Counted from the stretch's first letter, positions 1 to 10,314 are shown. The stretch: DNA of 64,000 nucleotides from Ignavibacteria bacterium (GCA_049516635.1 JBEKSX010000002.1:3768-67767), one strand, 5' to 3'. A program made the numbers and translations. The notes: generated by a model from the letters alone, not told the origin.

Positions 1-117
1 AAACCTATGTTTCTGGAACCGGCTATGTTATAAATATGTATTATAATTGTAATTAATGCCTAATTTTACTAAGTTTATAAATTCAAAATCAGGAAAATTC
101 TATTTAATAATACAATT

Positions 118-163
118 GGATTCCCCCGCCAAAGGCCGGGCAAGCTGCCTTGGAGGGAATGAC
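118..163. repeat. GC-rich nested-hairpin repeat (GGATTCCC...GGGAATGAC type)
   Basis: An imperfect inverted repeat attccc/gggaat encloses an inner ggca-agc-tgcc hairpin and sits in AT-rich spacer. Its termini match the element at 22404-22488. Confidence 0.45.
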
Positions 164-176
164 AAAATAAATAAAA

Positions 177-953
177 ATGAACGTAAAAAGCATATTTATT
201 ATTACTTTACTGACTGCTGTACTCGGGTTAATGTCATGTAACCACGATGATACTGAGAATACTTCGAAGAAGGATACTACTAAATTCTCCAGTATAACAC
301 AAAGTGTGGACGTTCAGACAGGTGAAACGATAGGTGACAGCAGCAGGATTTACGGTACGGGTAATTTTAGTTACCGTGATTCACTGGACACATTTCACCG
401 GGGTTACAGTATACCGCGTGACAGCATTTACAAGGTTTATAATATCAAGGAATTCGAAAAATTTAACTTTTTAATAAAAAAGTATCCGACCAGACCGGGT
501 CCGTATCTTGACAGGGGAAATCATTTCCAGAATATTAAGATGTATACGGAAGCTATCGCGGACTATAATAAGTATATAGCACTCAATCCCCGCAATCCTT
601 CGGCTTATATGAATAGGGGCAACGCACACGAAAGATTAAAAGAATACGATTCGGCGATGTACGATTACAACAAGACACTGGAGCTGAAACCCGATGATAC
701 GATCGCTAACTTCAATAAGGGCAACATATATGATATCCTCGGGAAATATGACCTTGCGGTAAAAGAATACGACACGGTTATTGTAAAAGACCCGAGGCTT
801 GCTAAAGCATTTTACAACCGCGGAGCGAGTCATCTGAGTTTAAAAGATTATTCAGCATCTGTGAAAGATTGGGAAGAAGCCATCAGGCTGAATCCGCCTT
901 ATGAACCGGACCTCAGGCCCAGGATAAACAGGATAAGACCCCTGATCAGGTAA
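177..953 (+). CDS. TPR-repeat lipoprotein
   Basis: The 258-aa ORF has an N-terminal signal peptide with lipobox-like LMSC. It carries several 34-aa TPR units (AIADYNKYIALNPRNPSAYMNRG, AMYDYNKTLELKPDD, AVKEYDTVIVKDPRLAKAFYNRG). Confidence 0.7.
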   Translation: MNVKSIFIITLLTAVLGLMSCNHDDTENTSKKDTTKFSSITQSVDVQTGETIGDSSRIYGTGNFSYRDSLDTFHRGYSIPRDSIYKVYNIKEFEKFNFLIKKYPTRPGPYLDRGNHFQNIKMYTEAIADYNKYIALNPRNPSAYMNRGNAHERLKEYDSAMYDYNKTLELKPDDTIANFNKGNIYDILGKYDLAVKEYDTVIVKDPRLAKAFYNRGASHLSLKDYSASVKDWEEAIRLNPPYEPDLRPRINRIRPLIR

Positions 954-966
954 AAATTTACGTAAC

Positions 967-1365
967 CTACTTTCTGTAGATAGACCAGGTCCCTTTACAT
1001 TTTACATCGAGAATATACGACCCTGTTTTGGGGACGTTGATAGATTTTGTTCCTTTATAATTTCCGGTAACATCAGCGAGCACTTCGACCAGTGTTCCGT
1101 CGGGATCCAGCAGGTGAGCGGTAAAATTTGTAGTACCTTCATACTTAATATCGAACGTTGCAGGTCCCTCGATAAGGTCAATTATCTGAGCCTTATTATC
1201 CTGAAAATTCTCGCCCATTCTGTACTGGTCCTTTTTTTCCTGTTCGGTGGTTTTTGTTTTGCTCTTATCTTTTTCAATGTCCTTCTTCGCTTTGAACCAG
1301 CTGCAGGAAAATGCTAAGGCGATTATTATAAAAAGTGAGAGAATGAAGTTTATCCTGTTACTCAT
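967..1365 (-). CDS. hypothetical small lipoprotein
   Basis: The 132-aa ORF has a signal peptide ending in lipobox LAFSC, a K/E-rich linker and a beta-rich C-terminal domain. I recognised no family. Confidence 0.45.
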   Translation of the reverse strand: MSNRINFILSLFIIIALAFSCSWFKAKKDIEKDKSKTKTTEQEKKDQYRMGENFQDNKAQIIDLIEGPATFDIKYEGTTNFTAHLLDPDGTLVEVLADVTGNYKGTKSINVPKTGSYILDVKCKGTWSIYRK

Positions 1366-1460
1366 CTAAATATTTATTTTTTGTTGGATTATAGTTTAAT
1401 TTAGTAATATTTAATAAGTTTATATATACAATTTGAAATTCGAAAACTATTCAAATAATT

Positions 1461-2588
1461 TTGAATAAAACTCTTAATATAACCATTATGAACTCTAAAA
1501 CATTTCACAAATACCTGAAAATATTGATTTTATTTATTACAATTACAATTACACTATCTTTTAGATTCGAAGGATGCAGTAAAAATCCCGTAGAATCGGA
1601 CAGGCACTTGAAAACAGGCATGGGGATGATTGATAAAGGTGATATTTCCGGAGCTATAAAAGAATTTGACCTGGCAATAGACCTTAATTCCGATAATTCG
1701 GAAGCGTATTATGAGAGAGGTGTTTGTTATATCTCACAAAAAGACATGAATAGGGGGTTGGAGGATCTTACCCGTGCTATTGCGTTCAACCCAATAAATG
1801 CAAAATATTATGATAGACGCGGCTACATCTACCTGACACTGAATAATTTCAGCAGTGCGATGAATGATTATGAATATGCTGTAAAATTTGACACTAAAAA
1901 TGCCATCTATGTGAACAAGCGCGGATATGTTTATGCTAACCTGAAAGACTACATCCAGGCGGTAAAAGACTACACTAAAGCGATCGAATTAAACCCGGAC
2001 TATGAAGAAGCAGTGGCTAACAGAGGATTCGCATACATAAATCTCAAGAGGTATGATAAAGCTAAATCGGATTTCATCAAAGCTATAACATTGAATCCGA
2101 ATAGAGGAATTTATTACAACTCACTTGGTTACTGCTATGCAAACGAACAGCTGTATGACTCTGCCATTTCAAATTACAATAAAGCGATCGAACTCGACAG
2201 CAGGAACCCCGATGCGTACATCAACCGCGGTTATGCTTATCTTAATACAAAAGCCTACAGATCAGCTGTTGACGATTTTAGCAAAGCCCTGCAGTTAGAT
2301 TCGACAAAAGCATCCAGCTGTAATTCGCTCGGTTATGCATACGCTAACCTGAAAGACTACAAGAACGCTGCATTCTATTATGATAAAGCCATCATTCTCG
2401 ACAGTACGTTTGCTGACGCTTATGTCAACCGCGGTTTCGCAAAATATAACTCATCACTCTCTCCTGATGCTATGAATGACTGGGAAACAGCAATAAGGCT
2501 TAATCCTGAACTGGCAGATTACCTGAGACCGTATATGGAAAGACTTGAAGAACTGAATAAGAAACTTGAAGGGAAAAAAAAGAGGTAA
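1461..2588 (+). CDS. TPR-repeat protein
   Basis: The 375-aa ORF has an N-terminal hydrophobic segment and at least 8 tandem TPR units with the recurring pattern A..DY.KAIELNP....AY.NRG. Confidence 0.75.
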   Translation: MNKTLNITIMNSKTFHKYLKILILFITITITLSFRFEGCSKNPVESDRHLKTGMGMIDKGDISGAIKEFDLAIDLNSDNSEAYYERGVCYISQKDMNRGLEDLTRAIAFNPINAKYYDRRGYIYLTLNNFSSAMNDYEYAVKFDTKNAIYVNKRGYVYANLKDYIQAVKDYTKAIELNPDYEEAVANRGFAYINLKRYDKAKSDFIKAITLNPNRGIYYNSLGYCYANEQLYDSAISNYNKAIELDSRNPDAYINRGYAYLNTKAYRSAVDDFSKALQLDSTKASSCNSLGYAYANLKDYKNAAFYYDKAIILDSTFADAYVNRGFAKYNSSLSPDAMNDWETAIRLNPELADYLRPYMERLEELNKKLEGKKKR

Positions 2589-2674
2589 CTATATTCAGCT
2601 TATATCATTCAACACTATTTTTCGGTACCATTTAGTTTTATATGATTGAAAATAATAACTTCTCTAAGAGCTAT

Positions 2675-2716
2675 AAAAAAGCCGGAGGAAGGTTGTATTT
2701 TCCTCCTCCGGTTTTA
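2675..2716. terminator. bidirectional intrinsic terminator between convergent genes
   Basis: An 8-bp GC stem ccggagga/tcctccgg is flanked by an A-run upstream and a T-run downstream. It lies between the stops at 2588 (+) and 2741 (-). Confidence 0.6.
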
Positions 2717-2740
2717 AGATCCATTCAGTAAATAGAACTA

Positions 2741-3766
2741 CTATTTGATCAAGACCATCTTTTTGGTTTCCGAATAAGTTTCCGCTTGAAGTTTATAGAA
2801 ATAAATACCGCTTGCATAATTGCTAGCATCGAACTCTATTTCGTATTTTCCCGGCACTAAATCGTCATTTACGAGAGTTGTGGCCTCTCTGCCCTGCACA
2901 TCAAAAAGCTTTAAATTTACAAATCCCGATCGGGGCACCTGAAATCCTATAATAGTTTTGGGGTTAAACGGGTTCGGATAGTTTTGTTTCAAATCATATT
3001 TATCCGGTACCTGTGTGCTGATAGGCCTGATGCCGATCGGAACACTATTCGGATTATAAATAACATTTTTATAATTGAAAGTGTACCCTAAGACACTAAT
3101 GGTTGTATACATGATCTTAAAGACACTAAATTTCTTTCCGGGAACGTACCATTCATAGATGGTATAGGTAGTATTAAGAACAGATTGATACGTATATGAA
3201 GTATCTTTGATCGTGATAACCTCTTTCAATCTCAATGCATTTAAGAAAGTACCGAAGGGCAGATTTATTATACCCCAGGCATCACCGGTGAATACTTCAT
3301 ATCCCCTTCTTAAAATTGTCTGGTTATTCAAATTGACAAGCACCGTAAAACTATCTGTCATAACAGAATTGTATCCGAACGGGAAAGTCATGACCGCTTC
3401 AGGGTTATTGTAATTTATCGCTGTGTTCGATGAATAATAACCTACCATATCTACGCGAGAGGGGGTTTCATCGAAAAAGTTATAACAGGTATCAAGAGAT
3501 GCAATGTTTGATGTTGGAAAAAGATCCCCGTGCCCCGTGCTTGCCGGTGTCATCCACTGGTTAACGTTGCTGTCCAATCTTACAAGTGTGGGGTAATTCC
3601 ACGTTTGATTTGCTCCTGAATTTCCCTGCGTAATCCCAGTAGTATCAGCCCTCACATCTATTTGCATATCACCGGGTGAAGGATTGATTGCCGATGTAAG
3701 AGTTAGCTGAGAATAAGATTGCACTGTAACTAACAACCCAAATACTAAAAGTGTAAATTTACACAT
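2741..3766 (-). CDS. secreted protein with T9SS C-terminal sorting domain
   Basis: The 341-aa ORF has a signal peptide. The C-terminal ~80 aa (QNYPNPFNP...FDVQGRE...GIYFYKLQA...KKMVLIK) fit the Por_Secre_tail/T9SS type A pattern. Confidence 0.75.
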   Translation of the reverse strand: MCKFTLLVFGLLVTVQSYSQLTLTSAINPSPGDMQIDVRADTTGITQGNSGANQTWNYPTLVRLDSNVNQWMTPASTGHGDLFPTSNIASLDTCYNFFDETPSRVDMVGYYSSNTAINYNNPEAVMTFPFGYNSVMTDSFTVLVNLNNQTILRRGYEVFTGDAWGIINLPFGTFLNALRLKEVITIKDTSYTYQSVLNTTYTIYEWYVPGKKFSVFKIMYTTISVLGYTFNYKNVIYNPNSVPIGIRPISTQVPDKYDLKQNYPNPFNPKTIIGFQVPRSGFVNLKLFDVQGREATTLVNDDLVPGKYEIEFDASNYASGIYFYKLQAETYSETKKMVLIK

Positions 3767-4246
3767 GTCATATTCCTTTATATAATTTTATAAATAAGAA
3801 TTTCCAAGGAGAAAGAATTTCAGAGAGCAGATTGTGAGATTTACATCGGTATTCTTAAGCTTAAAAGCTTCATCCCGGCTAATTCAAGATCCATAAATGG
3901 AATTTCCTAAAAAAACACAATATTATAAAATTAGGTTCCTATTTATAATAACATTGAGAATTGCTATGGATAGAGATTTAGCCAAGTCAATAAAAAATAA
4001 TCAGTTAATAAAGCGTATATCCTTGTCAACAATGGAAGAATTATAGTTTCATTGAACATCAATACGGAAATAATATCCTGAAAAAACGCTGGGAACTGCT
4101 CTACCCTTTGAAGAAATAAATATAGAAATATATTCACATCTAAAGATGTATTTCTAACCTACATAATCAAATACAATACATCTGATTTTTAGGTTAGAAT
4201 ATCAAAAATTATTTCAGTAAAATTGTAAACTCTTTTAAAATTATTA

Positions 4247-4361
4247 GCCCGGGTGGTCCCGAGGACTCGGGATACCTGCCTGAATGCCGTTGGCAAACGG
4301 TAGGCAGGAACTCCACTGGCAGATGCACCAGCCTTTAATGGATCGGGGTTGAAACCTGTGC
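4247..4361 (+). repeat. truncated tRNA-Leu-like 5' copy 1 with inserted hairpins
   Basis: It starts with gcccgggtgg, identical to the tRNA acceptor 5' end. It also contains aactccactggcagatgc (D-arm-like) and tcggggttgaaacctgtgc (variable-arm-like). Two GC hairpins are inserted after position 10. The T-arm and 3' acceptor are missing. Confidence 0.5.
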
Positions 4362-4411
4362 TATATGAAGCATTTTAGTCAATTTCATTTATAGAGCTTC
4401 TTTCGATTAAT

Positions 4412-4496
4412 GCCCGGGTGGCCCCGCTAATAGCGGGGTAAACTCCACTGGTAGATGCGCCCCGATTATATCGGGATCGGGGTTGAAACCCGGTGC
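4412..4496 (+). repeat. truncated tRNA-Leu-like 5' copy 2 with inserted hairpin
   Basis: The order is gcccgggtgg, then hairpin ccccgctaatagcgggg, then aactccactggtagatgcg, then tcggggttgaaacccggtgc. It ends at the same variable-arm/T-arm junction as copy 1, and the upstream context gattaatgcccgggtgg matches the real tRNA. Confidence 0.5.
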
Positions 4497-4556
4497 GAAT
4501 TTTAAAACTATAGACTATCTTTTCTAAACAAAAGGTTCTTTTATCTAACGATTAAT

Positions 4557-4643
4557 GCCCGGGTGGCGGAACTGGTAGACGCGCAGGACTTAAAATCCTG
4601 TCGGGGTTGTACCTCGGTGCCGGTTCGATTCCGGCCCCGGGCA
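4557..4643 (+). tRNA. tRNA-Leu (anticodon UAA), class II with long variable arm
   Basis: I folded the cloverleaf by hand. The acceptor is GCCCGGG/CCCGGGC, the D-arm GCG-GAACTGGTAGA-CGC, the anticodon stem CAGGA/TCCTG with loop CTTAAAA, the variable arm tcggggttgtacctcggtg, the T-arm GCCGG-TTCGATT-CCGGC and the discriminator A. Confidence 0.9.
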
Positions 4644-4661
4644 CTTTCTTTTAACTAAAAC

Positions 4662-4727
4662 TGTACCTCGATGTAGGTTCTCCCACAGGGACTCCTTCGG
4701 AGGATTCCGGCCCCGGGCACTTTCTTT
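4662..4727 (+). repeat. partial tRNA-Leu 3' copy (variable-arm fragment plus T-arm/acceptor 3' half)
   Basis: tgtacctcg matches the variable arm. An inserted ctcc-ttcg-gagg hairpin follows. The final 25 nt, gattccggccccgggcactttcttt (4703-4727), are identical to 4627-4651 of the tRNA and its 3' flank. Confidence 0.6.
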
Positions 4728-4807
4728 GACTTCCTCCCATCTTGGCTACCGATATCAACTCCTCTAACTTACTTTGTAATTGAATATATTCGTTTATATG
4801 GCTATTA

Positions 4808-5365
<558 letters not shown>

Positions 5366-5374
5366 CTCTGCCGT

Positions 5375-6379
5375 ATGACTGCCTCAAATCCAAAACCTTC
5401 TTCCCAAAAGAGAATACTCTCCGGAGTCCAGCCCAGCGGAGTTCCGCATCTTGGCAACTACCTGGGAGCAATGAGGAATCACGTAGCTATGCAGAACGAG
5501 TTCGAAAGCTTTATATTTATAGCCGATCTGCACACGCTAACAACGGTCAAGGACGGTAAGAAATTGAACGAGCTTATCATCGGGTTGGCAACAGATTACC
5601 TCGCATTAGGGTTAGATCCCGGGAAAACGGTCTTCTTCAGGCAGAGTGACCTTTACGAGCACGCAGAACTTGCATGGATACTAAGCTGCGTTACTCCGAT
5701 GAATATACTCGAACAGGCACACGCTTACAAAGATGCCGTTGCCAAGGGGCTTAAAGATGCTACTGCAGGACTTTTCACGTACCCCGTATTGATGGCAGCT
5801 GATATTTTAATATACAAACCTGATTTTGTACCTGTCGGAAATGACCAGAAACAGCACGTTGAGATAGCAAGAGACATTGCAGGTAAGTTCAATAATATTT
5901 ACGGTGATGTATTTAAGCTGCCGGAACCCTATATACCGCGGGAATCCGCCTATATAATAGGAACGGACGGTTCAAGCAAGATGAGCAAGAGCTACGGAAA
6001 TGTCATAGAATTCTTCGCGGATGAATCTGTACTGAAAAAACAGGTCATGGGGATAAAAACAGACTCTACCCCGCTTGAGGATCCGAAAGACCCGGATAAA
6101 GATACGGTTTTCAAATTTTATTCCTACTTCGCAACGGAGAACGAAAAGCTTGATTTAGCAGGTAAATACCATGCCGGCGGTTTCGGCTACGGCGATGCAA
6201 AAAAGTTACTGCTCGGAAAGCTGCTCGATCACTTCCATCCCTACCGTGAAAAAAGAAATGCCCTGAAAAAAGATCCGGCTTACGTTAAGTCGGTTCTAAA
6301 AGACGGGGCAGACAGAGCCCGTGCGGTTGCATCCATAACCCTGAAAGAAGTAAGGGACAGAACCGGTTTATCTTTGTAA
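5375..6379 (+). CDS. trpS: tryptophan--tRNA ligase
   Basis: The 334-aa ORF has class I aaRS signatures PSGVPHLGNY (HIGH-type) and KMSKS, with overall TrpS-like layout. Confidence 0.95.
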   Translation: MTASNPKPSSQKRILSGVQPSGVPHLGNYLGAMRNHVAMQNEFESFIFIADLHTLTTVKDGKKLNELIIGLATDYLALGLDPGKTVFFRQSDLYEHAELAWILSCVTPMNILEQAHAYKDAVAKGLKDATAGLFTYPVLMAADILIYKPDFVPVGNDQKQHVEIARDIAGKFNNIYGDVFKLPEPYIPRESAYIIGTDGSSKMSKSYGNVIEFFADESVLKKQVMGIKTDSTPLEDPKDPDKDTVFKFYSYFATENEKLDLAGKYHAGGFGYGDAKKLLLGKLLDHFHPYREKRNALKKDPAYVKSVLKDGADRARAVASITLKEVRDRTGLSL

Positions 6380-6388
6380 ATTTATTTT

Positions 6389-6790
6389 ATGCCAACTTAT
6401 AACTTAACTTCCGCTCAACAAGAAATCTGGCAGGTCATACAAAAAATAAATAACGCATGGTCCGAGAACCGGACCGAAGAGCTTCATCAATATTTTTATA
6501 AGGACTTTGTAATTGTAGGAACTGACCTCCATCCGCTTGCAAAGGGGCGGGATGCTTGTATAAAAAGCTACAAAGACTTTGTCTCGGAAGCAGTTGTTCA
6601 CGAATATAAAGAATCAGATCCTGTGATAGATATATTTGATGATACCGCAGTTGCGGGGTACAAATTCGATATTACTTACGAAATGAAAGGTAAAACATAT
6701 ATCGAAGACGGCAGGGATCTTTTTGTTTTCATAAATGGTAACGGAAAATGGCTTGCTGTGTGGAGGATGCTTCTACCGGAGAAAAAATAA
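6389..6790 (+). CDS. NTF2-like (SnoaL/DUF4440-type) protein
   Basis: The 133-aa ORF has the size and pattern (N-terminal helix ...W....N.E.L..., C-terminal W.AVW) typical of the NTF2-fold DUF4440 family. This is a motif-level call only. Confidence 0.45.
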   Translation: MPTYNLTSAQQEIWQVIQKINNAWSENRTEELHQYFYKDFVIVGTDLHPLAKGRDACIKSYKDFVSEAVVHEYKESDPVIDIFDDTAVAGYKFDITYEMKGKTYIEDGRDLFVFINGNGKWLAVWRMLLPEKK

Positions 6791-6795
6791 TTCTG

Positions 6796-7830
6796 TCACG
6801 GAACCATTACTATTTTACCCATAACATTTCCCGATTCCATGAGTTTATGCCCTTCGGCAGCATCTTTCAGATCCAATTTTTGATAAATATGCGGTTTTAT
6901 TTTCCCTTCCGAACATAATTTCACCAATGCTTCGAGCTCGTGTTTTTCACCGAGGTAAAGTCCAAGCAAACTTATATGCCTAAGGTACGTCTGGTGTATA
7001 CTCACGTTCGCTTCCCTACCAGACATGATCCCGCACCAGAGTATTTTACCGCCTTTCTTTACCATTTGAAAGCTCCGGGAGTGTGTAGCCGGACCGACAT
7101 AATCAAGTACAACATCGACTCCCCTGCCCTCCGTGAGCTTCAATACTTTATCAACAATATTATCATCGTGATAATGATCGAAAACATGATCAACACCCAT
7201 CTGTTTGAGTTTCTCTATCTTATCTTCCTGTCCTGCGGTAGCAAAAATTTCCGCACCGATGCTCTTTGCGATCTGGACGGCAATGAGACCCAGCCCGCTG
7301 GTGCCTCCCCATATAAAAAAAGATTCTCCCCGTTTCAGGTCACCAACTCCTGTCACAGCGTAATAAGCGGTAAGTCCCGCTACAGGCAGGCTAGTAGCAT
7401 CTTCAAATGAAACATTTTCGGGAAGTTTAATAAGGCTACTTTCCGGGACAGAAGTAAATTCCGCATACCCTCCCCAGCGGTGCATACCGAAATACTGCCA
7501 GTTGAAACATAAACCCTTACGTCCCTTTAAGCACCACTCGCATTTACCACAGGCAGTTATAGGCCAGCATATGATCCTATCTCCCGAATGAAAATCTTTT
7601 ACTCCGCTTCCTGTTTTTTCCACAACCCCTGCAATATCACCCCCCAGAATATGAGGAAAATTCAGTGATAATCCAGGATACCCTGCTCTCACGATCGTAT
7701 CCGCCCTGTTGATGCTGGTTGCCATAACCTTTACCAGCACTTCATCGTTTTTTATATGAGGTTCGGGAAAATCAGTTCGGTAAATCAGTTTATCCGTACC
7801 GCCGTTTTCATTTAAAAAGACTGCTTTCAT
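6796..7830 (-). CDS. zinc-binding alcohol dehydrogenase / quinone oxidoreductase family protein
   Basis: The 344-aa ORF has the MDR-family N-terminus VLVKV.A..INR.D, a structural-Zn Cys cluster CGKCEWC and the Rossmann motif WGGTSGLG. Confidence 0.8.
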   Translation of the reverse strand: MKAVFLNENGGTDKLIYRTDFPEPHIKNDEVLVKVMATSINRADTIVRAGYPGLSLNFPHILGGDIAGVVEKTGSGVKDFHSGDRIICWPITACGKCEWCLKGRKGLCFNWQYFGMHRWGGYAEFTSVPESSLIKLPENVSFEDATSLPVAGLTAYYAVTGVGDLKRGESFFIWGGTSGLGLIAVQIAKSIGAEIFATAGQEDKIEKLKQMGVDHVFDHYHDDNIVDKVLKLTEGRGVDVVLDYVGPATHSRSFQMVKKGGKILWCGIMSGREANVSIHQTYLRHISLLGLYLGEKHELEALVKLCSEGKIKPHIYQKLDLKDAAEGHKLMESGNVMGKIVMVP

Positions 7831-7885
7831 AAAAGTGTGTTAAATTTCTTCAACATTAGAATGATTGGATAGCTTCAATTAAGTG

Positions 7886-8674
7886 CTACACTTCTACTGT
7901 TAGTCCGTCATAAGCGAGCTGTATGTTCTGAGGTAATTTTGCATTAGCTTCATCATGCAGTACGTCGTGCGTAAAGTGTGTGAAATATGTCTGTTTCGCA
8001 TTTATTCTCAAGGAAACTTCGGTTGCCTCGCTTATCGAAAAATGTGTCGGGTGCGGACGGTACCTGAGTGCGTCTATTACGAGCAATTTCAATCCTTCAA
8101 GCTTCGGAAATTCCTTTTCAGGGATCTTGCTGCAATCGGTAATATATGCAAAGTCACCTATCCTGTATCCATAAATCATTGCCGGTCCGTGGTAATACTC
8201 AATGGGAATAATTTCCACATGACCTATTTTGAATTTGTTGAGCCCGATGATGTTCATATGTATATCCGGTATACCGCCGCCTTTAAATGTATTCTCATCG
8301 AAAATATACCTGAAGGTTATTTTAAGCTGTTTAATTGTTTCTTCGTTTCCATACATCTCTACGGTTTTTCTGTGGAGCTGGTTTATGTGGCTAATATCAT
8401 CCAGTCCCATAATATGATCGATATGGTGATGTGTATAGAGCACCGCATCTATATCATCCAGGTTATTCATCAGCATCTGCTGTCTGAAATCCGGTGACGT
8501 ATCGATGAGAAGCTTTAAGGTCTTTCCGCTATTGTTCTTATCCGGGTCTGATTCAATATAAACCGATACACGAAATCTTTTATCCTTAGGGTTGGATGAT
8601 GTGCAGGTCGGGCACTTGCATCCTATCATAGGAACTCCCTTCGAAGTTCCGCTGCCCAATATGATCACCCTCAT
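7886..8674 (-). CDS. MBL-fold metallo-hydrolase
   Basis: The 262-aa ORF has the HHHIDH metal-binding motif, an N-terminal ILGSGTS.G.P and a CKCPTC Cys cluster as in PhnP-like MBL proteins. Confidence 0.75.
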   Translation of the reverse strand: MRVIILGSGTSKGVPMIGCKCPTCTSSNPKDKRFRVSVYIESDPDKNNSGKTLKLLIDTSPDFRQQMLMNNLDDIDAVLYTHHHIDHIMGLDDISHINQLHRKTVEMYGNEETIKQLKITFRYIFDENTFKGGGIPDIHMNIIGLNKFKIGHVEIIPIEYYHGPAMIYGYRIGDFAYITDCSKIPEKEFPKLEGLKLLVIDALRYRPHPTHFSISEATEVSLRINAKQTYFTHFTHDVLHDEANAKLPQNIQLAYDGLTVEV

Positions 8675-9030
8675 TCGGGGTCCCCTTCTTCATCGGATCC
8701 TTCATCTGCTTCCTCCGTGATTTCTTCGTCCGGTAATTTTGCCTTTGCGCTTTCTCTCTCTATTACTTCGCGTACATTAGGTTTTATGAATATACTGTCG
8801 ATCCCTATCTCCTTGAGATTTCTTGAGATAATGGATATTCTTCTTTCGACCTCGTTCTTTGTATTGATAACGAATAGACGCGATTCCATCAGAAGGCAGT
8901 AGCCGCCTTCGAAGTCACCCTTTTCATACCTTAATTTATAACCGAGCCTTTGCACAATATCTTCTAACTCTGCAAGAAGCTGTTTTAATTCCGGGTCAAT
9001 CGGCTTTTTTTTCTTTTGCATCTGCGTCAA
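8671..9030 (-). CDS. hypothetical protein with acidic C-terminal tail
   Basis: The 119-aa ORF overlaps the downstream MBL gene start by 4 nt, which suggests translational coupling. I recognised no family. Confidence 0.4.
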   Translation of the reverse strand: MTQMQKKKKPIDPELKQLLAELEDIVQRLGYKLRYEKGDFEGGYCLLMESRLFVINTKNEVERRISIISRNLKEIGIDSIFIKPNVREVIERESAKAKLPDEEITEEADEGSDEEGDPE

Positions 9031-9547
9031 CAGATCTCCTTAAGGGTTTGAAAACGGCAAGTGCAATTATCGTGTAATAACAGAGCAGTGCTATTATCGG
9101 GACGCCGCTCAATGCACCGAGCCTGTTACCGAATATCCTTAATAGTTCATCGTGGTTTGGCGGATGGGAATAATACAGCAATATGAACTTGACGTCAAGG
9201 TAACAGGTGTAAGATTCCACCGGGACGAACATGAAGAATAATATTGCACTCATTATCAGCCACCCGTTCTCCCTGAATTTCAGCTTTGTGGTTTTGATGA
9301 ACCACAGAACACAGATAAAAACAAGGGTATAGCTGCTGATGATGACTATCGAGGAATATGCCAATAGCTGGAATAGTGTGTTCTCCCTGTCAGGCGGAAT
9401 CCCGGTCTTGAACTTGAACTGATCGTAGATGAGAAGCTCGTTGCCTATTATAGCCCTTATATTTATTCCGCCGAGCCAGAATATTGCAGCGATTATAAGA
9501 AGCGTTAGGGCAAATTTATTGGATCTTGATTGTGCGGTTTCATTCAT
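8996..9547 (-). CDS. hypothetical integral membrane protein
   Basis: The 183-aa ORF has about 4 hydrophobic helices. No diagnostic motif was seen. Confidence 0.45.
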   Translation of the reverse strand: MNETAQSRSNKFALTLLIIAAIFWLGGINIRAIIGNELLIYDQFKFKTGIPPDRENTLFQLLAYSSIVIISSYTLVFICVLWFIKTTKLKFRENGWLIMSAILFFMFVPVESYTCYLDVKFILLYYSHPPNHDELLRIFGNRLGALSGVPIIALLCYYTIIALAVFKPLRRSVDADAKEKKAD

Positions 9548-9700
9548 GTGTGTACAAATTATGAAAAAAGAATCAGTGATTCAATCCAAAGCTAAGGGAA
9601 GTATCCCACCAGACCTGGAGGCTAAATAATAATAAAACAAAACCTGGCGGGTTTCCTCAACCTGTCAGGTTTTTGTAAAAACATTTTTATAGCAGGCTTA

Positions 9701-10165
9701 TTAATGCAGAACAGTACCTTCCTGAATACTCTTCAGGTCGGTTTCACGCAGGTCAATACCGTACTCCAGAAAAGTTTTCAGGTTAGTAAGATAGAACGTC
9801 CATCCGTTGCTGCAGCCTAAGTGTGTAGCCGATTTATGTTCCTCTGTAATTGGAATATTATACTGACGCAGGTTCACAAGCGAACCCCGTTTATCTTTTT
9901 TGATCTCTACTTCACAGATACTTCCCGCAAAAGTAAAAATAAGCTTAGTCGGCTTGCGAATGTTCAATATCTGGCCGGAATCTTTATAACCGCCAAGCCA
10001 CGTCCATTCATAAGAGCCGTCTTTTTTCAAATGCATTTTAGCGTCCGAAACCAGCCATTTGGACATTAATTTCGGGTCGGTCCACATCCTGAATACTTTT
10101 TCGGCTGGTGCCGCAACAGCTACCCGTTGAGTAAACTGAGACCAATCATATTTTTTGCTAGGCAT
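9701..10165 (-). CDS. SRPBCC / Aha1-domain (activator of Hsp90 ATPase homolog 1-like) protein
   Basis: The 154-aa ORF has the pattern F...TDP....W and the W.GGY..SG.I....P...L.F.F architecture typical of AHSA1/SRPBCC proteins. Confidence 0.6.
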   Translation of the reverse strand: MPSKKYDWSQFTQRVAVAAPAEKVFRMWTDPKLMSKWLVSDAKMHLKKDGSYEWTWLGGYKDSGQILNIRKPTKLIFTFAGSICEVEIKKDKRGSLVNLRQYNIPITEEHKSATHLGCSNGWTFYLTNLKTFLEYGIDLRETDLKSIQEGTVLH

Positions 10166-10285
10166 CTTTCTCCCTTCGGATTAATCGAAATAATAAAATT
10201 TACTAAAATTATTTAATACTACAAATCTAACATAATTATTCCATAAGTAAATCACGGATAAAGGTGAATTAGAAAATAATACCTA

Positions 10286-10314
10286 TAAAAAAAGCCGAAC
10301 TGCAAAGTTCGGCT
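10286..10314 (-). terminator. intrinsic terminator downstream of 10345-10674
   Basis: The minus-strand hairpin agccgaac-tttgc-agttcggct is followed by a run of 7 T, 30 nt after the stop codon. Confidence 0.65.

Noticed and set aside
4247-4727. A CRISPR-like array, considered because of the three regularly spaced GCCCGGGTGG-containing units about 150 bp apart.
   Set aside because: The units are tRNA-derived and of unequal length (115, 85 and 87 nt). They lack a short conserved repeat with unique spacers, and no cas genes are present.
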